A DNA stretch of 64,000 bases from a virus. Taxonomy: Duplodnaviria > Caudoviricetes. This document shows, piece by piece, positions 55,960 through 64,000 of the stretch. The notes under the pieces were generated by a model. It saw nothing but the letters and a program-made list of their open reading frames with translations. It had not been told where the DNA came from and searched no databases. Position 1 is the first letter of the stretch; the number at the start of each line of letters is the position of its first letter. The translations under genes were made by a program, and so were the position numbers. The stretch lies in the IMG/VR virus record IMGVR_UViG_3300031992_000011, one strand, 5' to 3'.

Positions 55960-56717
55960 AGATACTTGTGATACCTGACGTACACGGAAGGACATTCTGG
56001 CGCGAAACCGTCAAACGTGACGATGTCGGACGGGTCGTGTTCCTTGGCGACTACCACGACCCGTATCGCTTTGACGGGATCAAGACCTCGGACTCCGTGA
56101 CCAATTTCAGCGACATACTGTCATACGCTGACCGTTCCAGTGACAGGGTCGTTATGCTCTTGGGCAACCACGACCTACCGTATTTCAGCAAGCATTACCT
56201 CAGCCTGTCCCGCTATCACAGCCGATATGACCGTGAGAACCATGAGAGGATGGAGGAAATGTTTGAAAGTCACAAGGACCGTTTCCGGATAGCATACTGT
56301 GAGGGTGGCGTATTGTTCACACACGCCGGTGTGATACCGGAATGGTTCAGAAAGGCAACAGGCGCAGAGTTCAGTGAAGGCACAGACCTTTACGAGGCCG
56401 CCGGTCTGCTCAACACACTGTTGGACACAGACCGTGGGATTGAGAGTCTTTTCAGTGTGGGCGAATGGAGAGGCGGTGACGACGCTTTCTCGTCGTGTGT
56501 ATGGGCGGACATTCACGAGACGGTGATGGAATATGACGACAAGGACAATCCGGCATACGGTGTCAAGCAAGTGTTCGGCCACACCATTCAGGGGTATTAC
56601 GGCGAGGACGGACAAGTGCGGTACGGAAAACCGTTTGAGTTCGCCAATCTCAAGATGCTCGACACCGCCTGCGCGTACATACTTGACACGGATAATTTCA
56701 CAATCGAGAAAACATGA
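55956..56717 (+). CDS. metallophosphoesterase
   Basis: PDVHG, LGDY, LGNHD, THAG, FGHT. Confidence 0.88.
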   Translation: MKILVIPDVHGRTFWRETVKRDDVGRVVFLGDYHDPYRFDGIKTSDSVTNFSDILSYADRSSDRVVMLLGNHDLPYFSKHYLSLSRYHSRYDRENHERMEEMFESHKDRFRIAYCEGGVLFTHAGVIPEWFRKATGAEFSEGTDLYEAAGLLNTLLDTDRGIESLFSVGEWRGGDDAFSSCVWADIHETVMEYDDKDNPAYGVKQVFGHTIQGYYGEDGQVRYGKPFEFANLKMLDTACAYILDTDNFTIEKT

Positions 56718-57202
56718 GGATACAACTAAGAAGAAGCGACAGTGACAGCGGACTCCCGTTGCGATTCCTTGCCGCAATAGGATACGAGAAGATACCGGTT
56801 TCCGACGGAGACACATTCATATACGCCGACACGACCGACAGGACATACTTCTGCACAGAAGTGAGGACAGACGGTCCGGTCACCATCGACTGCTCGACCA
56901 ACTATGGCCTTTTCTGCGCTTTGTGCGTGCAGAGCGGAGAGACGGACATGTACAATCTGTTCGTCACTGATGCGGACTGTCACTGGTACACACTCGGGAC
57001 TTATATGTGTAAGGGTGACTTTACCGTTTCGTTGGTCGACAAGCAACCGTATGATCCGTTCTCAAGCACACTGCAACCGCAGCATAAGGCGACAACAGAT
57101 GAAATAATCAAATATTTCTCCGAGAAAAAATGGGACTGGACGTTGGACAGTATCATCGCACACTGTTCCGAACGAAAAAATGACGACGGTTCTGAAAAAT
57201 AG
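56714..57202 (+). CDS. hypothetical protein
   Basis: Coupled ORF followed by a terminator at 57209-57235. Confidence 0.55.
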   Translation: MRIQLRRSDSDSGLPLRFLAAIGYEKIPVSDGDTFIYADTTDRTYFCTEVRTDGPVTIDCSTNYGLFCALCVQSGETDMYNLFVTDADCHWYTLGTYMCKGDFTVSLVDKQPYDPFSSTLQPQHKATTDEIIKYFSEKKWDWTLDSIIAHCSERKNDDGSEK

Positions 57203-57337
57203 GTGAACAATCCGGCGGAAACGCCGGATTTTTTTGTTAAACCTTGTTAATATATTTGCCCAAACGGAAGTAAACGATTATTTTTGCCGTGAAAAAATGA
57301 ATCACGACGGAAAGGATATATTAGTTACATTCATTCG

Positions 57338-58213
57338 ATGATAAATCTATATGACATAAAGAAAAGATACCGGGACAACCCTGAGCCAAAGGAGATAGGC
57401 GAAGTGCGCAGACTCATCATCGATGCGTTCAAAGCACTTACGTTCGTCGAGGACGTGCACAAGTACTACATACCCGACGGGAATGGCGGCACAATTGAAC
57501 TGCCGTCCGTATCGTCCGTCGTCCACTCGTTCGAGCCTTATGTTGACTGGGACGAGAAATGCGCAATCAAGGCGGAGAAACTTGGGATAACCAAGGAGGA
57601 GCTTTCGAAACAGTGGCACGAGAACAACATACGCGCGACACACTGCGGCAGCAAGACGCACTTCTTCGGCGAGAACATGATGAACATGTTCATCGGCAAG
57701 GAGGAAACGGCGAGGAAGTCGCTCGTCTTTCAGTACACAGATGACGGATATCTTATCCCTTATTGCCCGAAGGAGGAGGCGGTGTCCAAGTATTATGAGG
57801 ACATACTCGCCAACGGTGACGTGTACCCTGTGATGCCGGAGGCGATGATATACACCGGAATAAACGACAAGATAAATCTCCGCACCAACTATGCCGGCAC
57901 GTTTGACATACTGTTGGCGTACAGGTACAGGGGCGGCATATCATATGCGATCAACGACTTCAAGACAAACGCGGACATATACAAGTCATTCTCAAGGTCG
58001 CACGACGTGATGATGAACGAACCGTTTGGATCCATGGGATACTACTCCGAGCCATACAGTTGCTACACCATACAGCTTTCACTGTATCAGATAGGGCTGA
58101 TGCAACTTGGACTTGACATAGTTGACCGGAAACTGATATGGTTGAAGGACGACGCGACTTACGAGAAGGTAAAGACGGACGACATTACTGAGACATTACT
58201 CGGCATCATATGA
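57338..58213 (+). CDS. PD-(D/E)XK (RecB/Cas4-like) exonuclease
   Basis: LPSVS, GSKTH, AGTFD, NDFKT, QLSLY. Confidence 0.8.
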   Translation: MINLYDIKKRYRDNPEPKEIGEVRRLIIDAFKALTFVEDVHKYYIPDGNGGTIELPSVSSVVHSFEPYVDWDEKCAIKAEKLGITKEELSKQWHENNIRATHCGSKTHFFGENMMNMFIGKEETARKSLVFQYTDDGYLIPYCPKEEAVSKYYEDILANGDVYPVMPEAMIYTGINDKINLRTNYAGTFDILLAYRYRGGISYAINDFKTNADIYKSFSRSHDVMMNEPFGSMGYYSEPYSCYTIQLSLYQIGLMQLGLDIVDRKLIWLKDDATYEKVKTDDITETLLGII

Positions 58214-58482
58214 TAGAGACGAAATTCCAAGTCGGCGAGGCGGTCATTTTCCGTTGTCCTGACAGATGTGACACGTGGCAGTTGGGAACAGTCATCATGA
58301 TTGCGCCAGGCACGGTCATAATTGAACCTCACGAGGATCAGTGCTACACATATCACAAAAACAAAGTGTACATGTTCACTGATGACGATTACCGTCTGTC
58401 AATATTGGCGTGGACATACACAAGGCATGTAAAATTGATCGGAAAAGACACAATGTACAAAGATGAAAAAGAAAGAACGTGA
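58210..58482 (+). CDS. hypothetical protein
   Basis: Coupled 90-aa ORF. Confidence 0.5.
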   Translation: MIETKFQVGEAVIFRCPDRCDTWQLGTVIMIAPGTVIIEPHEDQCYTYHKNKVYMFTDDDYRLSILAWTYTRHVKLIGKDTMYKDEKERT

Positions 58483-60094
58483 AATAATATCTGACGCTTT
58501 AGTTGAAACATATGCTGCAGTACAGAATGCGGGTTCAATGGAAAACGCCGTCAATAATGCGAGAGAGCATATAATGGAGATAAGGAGGAACATCGATAAA
58601 GATGACATTACAGACGAAGAGATTGTTTTGTTGTCCGTCATCGGTGCCGGACACAACACGATACAAAGCATAAGAAACTATCTCGGAAGTTCAAATTTCT
58701 TCAAGTTTCCGGAACTTAATGGCATTGTCAATGACTTGAAACTTAAATGGATGGTTTTCTTTTGGTCAGAGGGAAAAATATCCATCACCAGTTGTTTCAA
58801 TCAATGGTTTGTCGACGAAACTTGCAGCACACTGTCGCCGAAATTGTCAAAAGTCACCACGTTGCGCAGACTGTTTGACATGTTTTACAAGCAAATGGAC
58901 ATTTTCCATGAGGAAGAAGCATTCGATTCCATGTGTACGCATATGATAATGGGATATGAGTGTGACGGTGAACTAAAGACTTTTATAAATCACTGTGTTC
59001 AGGACGAAGACCACATAAATGTGCGAACGTTGCTTTATCTGACATACACGGCTTTTCGACCGGGCAATCAGACATATGAGGTCAATGTCGTTGAGACTAT
59101 ACGTCAAGCGAAAGACATACTCCTTGAACCGGGTATTACCGACAGCAAAGTGTTCAACGAGTGGTTCATACCAAAATGCGAGAACGGGATGGCGAGCAGC
59201 GACACGTACGAACCATCACGGGCGTTCTATAAAGCATTCCCTTCTCTAAATTGCCAACAGACAGACGTAGATCTGGCCAGAAGCAACGTAATGGCAGCAA
59301 AGAGCATACCGCAGGTGGAATTATATTTTGACGACGAGACACAGTCACAATACGACAGGATATCATTCATACTGTCCGACGAAGGTTATTCAAAGATAAC
59401 GACGCGACTGTCCTCAAAAAACATGTCAACCGGAATAACGATGCTGTTTTATGGTCCGCCGGGGACTGGGAAGACTGAAAGCGCCAAACAGATGGCGAGA
59501 GCGAGCGGAAGGGACCTGATCATTCTCGACCTGTCATCATTGAGGGACAAATATGTGGGGGAAACCGAGAAGAATGCCGCAGCAGCGTTTCAAGAATACA
59601 GGGAACTGTGTATAACATCCGCGAAGAAACCCATACTTCTTCTCAACGAGGCCGACGCAGTACTTGGCAGAAGAAACGGACAATCAGAGACCTCTGTAGA
59701 CAAAATGGAGACCGCGATGACAAACATATTCCTGAACGAGCTAGAAAACTTCAGCGGCATAATGGTCGCAACGACCAACCTGACCAGTTTGTTTGACACC
59801 GCATTTGAAAGGCGTTTCCTTTTCAAGATGAAATTCAACAGACCGACAGACACGGCGAGACTCAAGATGTGGATGTCAAAAATAGAGTCCGTCTCGCCCG
59901 AAGAACTGGGCGGCATATCCAAAAAATACGACTTCACCGGCGCGGAGATAGACAACGTCTGCAAGAAGGTGCTCATAGAGTCATTGTTCAGCGACAACCC
60001 GCAAATCACCGTGGAAGAACTCGACAAAATCTGTTCGATGGAGAGAATACACGACGGGAACGAACGTAAGAAGGTATGTGGCTTTTCGAATTAA
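58463..60094 (+). CDS. AAA+ ATPase (classical clade)
   Basis: GPPGTGKT, KYVGETEKN, LLNEAD (Walker B variant), ATTN, AFERRF. Confidence 0.88.
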   Translation: MKKKEREIISDALVETYAAVQNAGSMENAVNNAREHIMEIRRNIDKDDITDEEIVLLSVIGAGHNTIQSIRNYLGSSNFFKFPELNGIVNDLKLKWMVFFWSEGKISITSCFNQWFVDETCSTLSPKLSKVTTLRRLFDMFYKQMDIFHEEEAFDSMCTHMIMGYECDGELKTFINHCVQDEDHINVRTLLYLTYTAFRPGNQTYEVNVVETIRQAKDILLEPGITDSKVFNEWFIPKCENGMASSDTYEPSRAFYKAFPSLNCQQTDVDLARSNVMAAKSIPQVELYFDDETQSQYDRISFILSDEGYSKITTRLSSKNMSTGITMLFYGPPGTGKTESAKQMARASGRDLIILDLSSLRDKYVGETEKNAAAAFQEYRELCITSAKKPILLLNEADAVLGRRNGQSETSVDKMETAMTNIFLNELENFSGIMVATTNLTSLFDTAFERRFLFKMKFNRPTDTARLKMWMSKIESVSPEELGGISKKYDFTGAEIDNVCKKVLIESLFSDNPQITVEELDKICSMERIHDGNERKKVCGFSN

Positions 60095-60161
60095 CATTTT
60101 TTAATTTTGTTGTTAGAAAAATGTTCACTAACTTTGCGGTGTTCAAAAATAATGAACATAT

Positions 60162-61160
60162 ATGGAAAACAAAGGATTTACACTGAAGGATCGTATGTCC
60201 GCTATGGCAAGGCACTATGACATAAGGCTTGACAAGGATGGATATGTGCTTGTCATGGTGGACGGCAAGAACTTCTCCACAATGATAAAGAACAGGTATG
60301 ACAAACCTTTCAGTGACGAGTTCATCGGACTGATGGACTCAACCGCCAGGTATGTGTGCGAGAATGTGGACGGATGCAAGTTTGCCTACGTGCAGAGCGA
60401 CGAGATAACGTTCGTCATCACATCATTCGACAAGAAGGAGAACATGCCGTATTTTGACAACAGACTGCTTAAGTTATGTTCGATTATACCATCGTTGGCG
60501 ACCGCCAAGTTCAACAGTATGCGGGAAAAATCTGAGAAGCTATGCGTGTTTGACGCCAAGGTGTTCCCGTGCCGTTCATTCACGGACGCGTATTCGTTTC
60601 TTCTTTGGAGGCAGAACGACTGTGTGAGGAACTCAAAACAGCAGGCGGCACAAACATACCTGGACAAACGCTCCCTGCTCAACAAAAACACGGACGAACA
60701 AATCCGTTTACTTCGTGACACAACCGGAATAGAGTGGGACGGATATGATGACGGAAAGAAATACGGGCGATTCATATACAAAGTCAACGAGACACACATC
60801 AACCCGGACGGTGAAGAGTACACAAGAGGCAGATGGAAGGTAAACGACGCATTCCTTCTCGGTGGGGACGGACGCGAGAAACTGAAGTCACTCGGGGCGA
60901 TACCTGTCCGTGAGCCAGCGAATGCGAACCGTCGGTTCGAACCGTGCGAATTTTGGAGATGCCCCAAATGTGGGGGCAATCTGATTTGGGAGAATGACTA
61001 TGACTGTTCGGACGTGTTTGGTGACGAATGGGGATACAGAGACGTTGACGGAAGCATAATAACGCAGTTCAGATGCGCCGACTGTGGGCGGTCTGTCGAA
61101 GTGACCGACCCGACTCCCGACATGAAGGAGGAACAATACAGTGACTATTGGTTCAATTAA
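60162..61160 (+). CDS. Thg1-like 3'-5' RNA polymerase/tRNA guanylyltransferase with a C-terminal Zn-ribbon
   Basis: VDGKNFS, YVQSDEI, FDAK, WRQNDCVRNS; CPKC and CADC. Confidence 0.88.
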   Translation: MENKGFTLKDRMSAMARHYDIRLDKDGYVLVMVDGKNFSTMIKNRYDKPFSDEFIGLMDSTARYVCENVDGCKFAYVQSDEITFVITSFDKKENMPYFDNRLLKLCSIIPSLATAKFNSMREKSEKLCVFDAKVFPCRSFTDAYSFLLWRQNDCVRNSKQQAAQTYLDKRSLLNKNTDEQIRLLRDTTGIEWDGYDDGKKYGRFIYKVNETHINPDGEEYTRGRWKVNDAFLLGGDGREKLKSLGAIPVREPANANRRFEPCEFWRCPKCGGNLIWENDYDCSDVFGDEWGYRDVDGSIITQFRCADCGRSVEVTDPTPDMKEEQYSDYWFN

Positions 61161-61193
61161 TGATAATGTAGAACAATTTAATAAACAAGAAAG

Positions 61194-61664
61194 ATGAGAA
61201 ACATTTCATTGATCGGCCGTGTCGTGGCCGACGCAGAAATCAAACAGACAAAGAACGGGGCGAACTACCTTGAGTTCAGATTCGCCAACAACGAGTACGG
61301 GGATCCGGAGGGGACGACGTATTGGTTCCGTGTTTCAAGTTTCCAACCGAATGCCATCAGCATCAAAAAGTACATCACCAAGGGCAAACCGCTGTTCGTG
61401 GAGGGTAGATACCATGACCGTGTGTACACCACACAGTCAGGCGCCACAGAGATCGGCCGCGACATCACCGCCTACAACATCGAGTTCATCAGCACGGGCG
61501 AGAGGAACGGAGAGCAGCAGCAGCCCGCACAGACAGCGTCAAAACCGGCACAGCCGATAGCAAACCCGACGGTAATGCCGACAGCGGCGGCATCGGCGCC
61601 GGCAGCGAAGACCGTCGCCCCACCACAACCGGTGTCACAAGAAGAAGACGATCTGCCGTTTTAA
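61194..61664 (+). CDS. ssb: single-stranded DNA-binding protein
   Basis: OB fold (LIGR...KG..FVEGR) and an acidic DDLPF tail. Confidence 0.9.
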   Translation: MRNISLIGRVVADAEIKQTKNGANYLEFRFANNEYGDPEGTTYWFRVSSFQPNAISIKKYITKGKPLFVEGRYHDRVYTTQSGATEIGRDITAYNIEFISTGERNGEQQQPAQTASKPAQPIANPTVMPTAAASAPAAKTVAPPQPVSQEEDDLPF

Positions 61665-61679
61665 CGAGTTCGTGGGACA

Positions 61680-61994
61680 ATGAAACCGAAAATAATACCG
61701 TACTCCCTGCCTGAGCACGACCGCATCGGCATACGCAAGATGTCCATCACATATGTTCAAATGGACGACACCAACCATAAAAGTGACGAATATGACGAAC
61801 AGAGCATAACCATAGAGACAGAGGACACCATATGCAGTGAGAAAGAGGCCATTGACGGTGAGGGGTATTATCTTGTGTTAAAGTCAGACAGATGGGCATT
61901 CACCGATCCGGAAGAAATCATGGAGCTCACCAATGACTTCATCAAAAGGCTCATGATAACTTCTAACTTCGTCAAAGAAGAACCAGAAGGTTAG
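61680..61994 (+). CDS. hypothetical protein
   Basis: 104-aa ORF followed by a terminator. Confidence 0.6.
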   Translation: MKPKIIPYSLPEHDRIGIRKMSITYVQMDDTNHKSDEYDEQSITIETEDTICSEKEAIDGEGYYLVLKSDRWAFTDPEEIMELTNDFIKRLMITSNFVKEEPEG

Positions 61995-62015
61995 TTAGAC
62001 TTGCGTTTTAGTTGT

Positions 62016-62056
62016 GACGCCACCGCCCGTTACTTCCGGATGGTGGCGTCTTTTTT
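62016..62056. terminator. intrinsic terminator between convergent units
   Basis: GACGCCACC/GGTGGCGTC followed by T6. Confidence 0.7.
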
Positions 62057-62059
62057 ACA

Positions 62060-62185
62060 TCAACGCGCCGGTCTCCTTATGATTCTTCTGCTCGACGATG
62101 GTGCCGGTTTGTGTGCTCTCGAAGGATTCTTAGAAATGCTCTTCGGTTGTGTTATCTGCTTCTTTTTTGTGCAACTGCAGGCCAT
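62060..62185 (-). CDS. 41-aa basic peptide MACSCTKKK...RRIIRRPAR (not in the ORF track)
   Basis: Complete ORF downstream of 62230-62505 on the same strand. Confidence 0.5.
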   Translation of the reverse strand: MACSCTKKKQITQPKSISKNPSRAHKPAPSSSRRIIRRPAR

Positions 62186-62229
62186 GTCTTAGTTATTTTT
62201 TGTGGTGATTTGAAACTGTGTAAGGCAAG

Positions 62230-62505
62230 TTAATATCCGAAGTGATATGGTTCTCCTTCGTATGGACCGTAAGCATATGACTTCTTTATTTTCGTAGATA
62301 CGGCACTAAGTTTTCTGTAAAGGTCATCCAGTTCTTCTTGGGTTATGACATCCCCAAATTGTGACTCCGTAAACCCTGCCATAACTCCCATCAAGTTGTC
62401 TACGGCATCCTCCAATTCGCGTTTTGGACCATTATTCCATGCACCTTTGACAGCTTCCTGTATTATTCTGCGGAGTTTTGATTCTGTTATTCTGTACTTC
62501 CTCAT
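62230..62505 (-). CDS. small protein with an ITESKLRRIIQEAV leader
   Basis: TATTTAT on the minus strand at 62533-62539. Confidence 0.7.
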   Translation of the reverse strand: MRKYRITESKLRRIIQEAVKGAWNNGPKRELEDAVDNLMGVMAGFTESQFGDVITQEELDDLYRKLSAVSTKIKKSYAYGPYEGEPYHFGY

Positions 62506-62654
62506 AATAATCTAAAGTTTGTTATGCTGTCAATAAATAGCGACATTTGGGTGAAACGGAATGATGGATTACAACAGTGACAATGTTTAACCTTTTTTAA
62601 CTTGCATATGTGGATATAAAGTTTTATCTTTGCGGCGTAAAATTGATTTAATCT

Positions 62655-63302
62655 ATGGATTATGAACAAATGTCAAAAGTGTGGTTTACGGCCGACACAC
62701 ACTTCATGCACAAGAATATTCTGAAACACTGTCCGTCACGCTCAGAGCATGGCGGTTTTGAGGTAGATGATGTCGACGCGCATGACCGATGGGTCATCGA
62801 CGCGTGGAACAGAAAGGTGGCAAAAAAAGACACGGTGTACATTGTCGGGGACTTCGCATTCGGCTCGGCCGACAAGGTGAAGAAGTTTATCGGCAAATTG
62901 AACGGCAACAAGTTCCTTGTGTTGGGCAACCATGACGGGTCGTCAGACCATCTTGTCGGATATTTCAAACAGATAGTACAACTCAAGGACATCGTCTTTA
63001 AGAAAAAGAACTATGATTTCCTTGAAGAGGACTTCCATGTGTTCCTTTGTCATTATCCTATGGTCACATGGCCGGCCAAGCATTATGGAAGCGTGAATGT
63101 CCATGGACACTGCCATGGCAGGCTTGACAAATACAACGAGGAGTCAACAGACTTGAGGGTGGACGTCGGCATTGACGGAAAACTGTCGGGGTTTGAGCCT
63201 GTCGGACTCCCGGAACTATATGCGTATTTCAAGGAGAAGGCGTCAGGAATGATGTTCCGTGAATACGCAGAAAAAATGCGCGAACAGAATATGGTAGTAT
63301 AA
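62655..63302 (+). CDS. metallophosphoesterase
   Basis: ADTHF, GDF, LGNHD, CHYP, HGHCH; promoter TATCTTTG at 62625. Confidence 0.88.
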   Translation: MDYEQMSKVWFTADTHFMHKNILKHCPSRSEHGGFEVDDVDAHDRWVIDAWNRKVAKKDTVYIVGDFAFGSADKVKKFIGKLNGNKFLVLGNHDGSSDHLVGYFKQIVQLKDIVFKKKNYDFLEEDFHVFLCHYPMVTWPAKHYGSVNVHGHCHGRLDKYNEESTDLRVDVGIDGKLSGFEPVGLPELYAYFKEKASGMMFREYAEKMREQNMVV

Positions 63303-63317
63303 AAAACAGATACAAAT

Positions 63318-63938
63318 ATGTCAAAATTCAGAAAAGGACAGAGGGTCACCGTGGATGGCGGGTTGCTCTCGAAACAGAAGAACGCCGTCGTTCATGACAT
63401 ACGGTACATCAAAAAAGGGGACAAGAAAGTCAACAAACGTTATGTCATCGAATTCACCGACGCGGAATGGAACCTTACAGGCAAATTCAAGACGGTTGAC
63501 AAGTCGGCAATGTCAAAGGTTGATACAAACCCGGTCAAACAAGAGAAACAGAAAAAGTTCTCGCCGAAACTTTATTACAGTTCAGTCGCCACAGAAGACG
63601 GAAACAGAATTGTCACCGTGTGCGGCATGGTGTTCACCACCCGTGCAGTGGAAACCGAGGCCGCTCCGAACCAGAGTCTCATGCTCATGCCGAAACTGCG
63701 GAAACACTTGTGTGTCGGTTTCGCTATCAAGCATCCAGAAGACACGCCACGCCAAAGCGTGGCAAAGAGCGTCGCGGCAAAAAGGGCACGATGGAATCCA
63801 CTAAGCACCTACATGAGCGACAACCCCAACGAATTCCGTGAAGACATGGTAATGGCGGTATTGTCCGTCAAGGCGAAGTACATCGCAGAGAACATCGGAG
63901 ATTTTGTGATAAACGGCGGCACACATGAGACAGATTAA
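63318..63938 (+). CDS. hypothetical protein
   Basis: 206-aa basic ORF. Confidence 0.6.
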   Translation: MSKFRKGQRVTVDGGLLSKQKNAVVHDIRYIKKGDKKVNKRYVIEFTDAEWNLTGKFKTVDKSAMSKVDTNPVKQEKQKKFSPKLYYSSVATEDGNRIVTVCGMVFTTRAVETEAAPNQSLMLMPKLRKHLCVGFAIKHPEDTPRQSVAKSVAAKRARWNPLSTYMSDNPNEFREDMVMAVLSVKAKYIAENIGDFVINGGTHETD

Positions 63939-64000
63939 GATACTGCTCGCGGCGACAAGAGGGGACGCGGATCCTGACAACGCTGTCATGAAGTTCGCCA
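63925..64000 (+). CDS. 3'-truncated ORF
   Basis: ATG at 63925; the frame is open to the end of the window. Confidence 0.4.
   Translation, partial: MRQIKILLAATRGDADPDNAVMKFA

Noticed and set aside
1-64000. Stop-codon recoding as in Lak or some crAss-like phages
   Set aside because: Genes are intact in the standard code, TAG (e.g. 16345, 23216, 54434) and TGA both end genes, and no CTA or TCA anticodon tRNA was found.

Overview
This window is a 64-kb segment of a large (jumbo-type) tailed dsDNA phage in the standard genetic code. The host is very probably a Bacteroidota (Prevotella/Bacteroidales-like) bacterium: many operons start at TTTG-N19-21-TAnnTTTG promoters, and the phage carries a Bacteroidales-style OmpA and a dockerin-like motif. 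Layout: virion/baseplate genes (1-5.5 kb); a replication/recombination block (SbcD, RuvC-like, primase, SbcC) with a sigma70 factor; putative late/internal-head and lysis genes (12-25 kb); a dense RNA island (25.7-30.4 kb); then early/accessory genes. The island holds 21 tRNA genes and several unclassified structured RNAs. It ends in a separately transcribed array of four ncRNAs that share one scaffold (bulged terminal helix, GUGAC loop, UUACUUCG) but carry different cargos: none, two linear tRNA mimics, and a circularly permuted tRNA as in YrlA Y RNAs. This array is the top candidate for an undescribed system. The accessory genes include an AAA+/M41 protease, DnaJ, NUDIX, a macro domain, IF-3, a second sigma factor, OmpA, methyltransferases with an adjacent endonuclease, an RNA end-repair set (HD-kinase, RNA ligase, phosphoesterases, Thg1-like protein) and SSB. 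All calls come from reading motifs and base pairing by eye; no database searches or folding programs were run.
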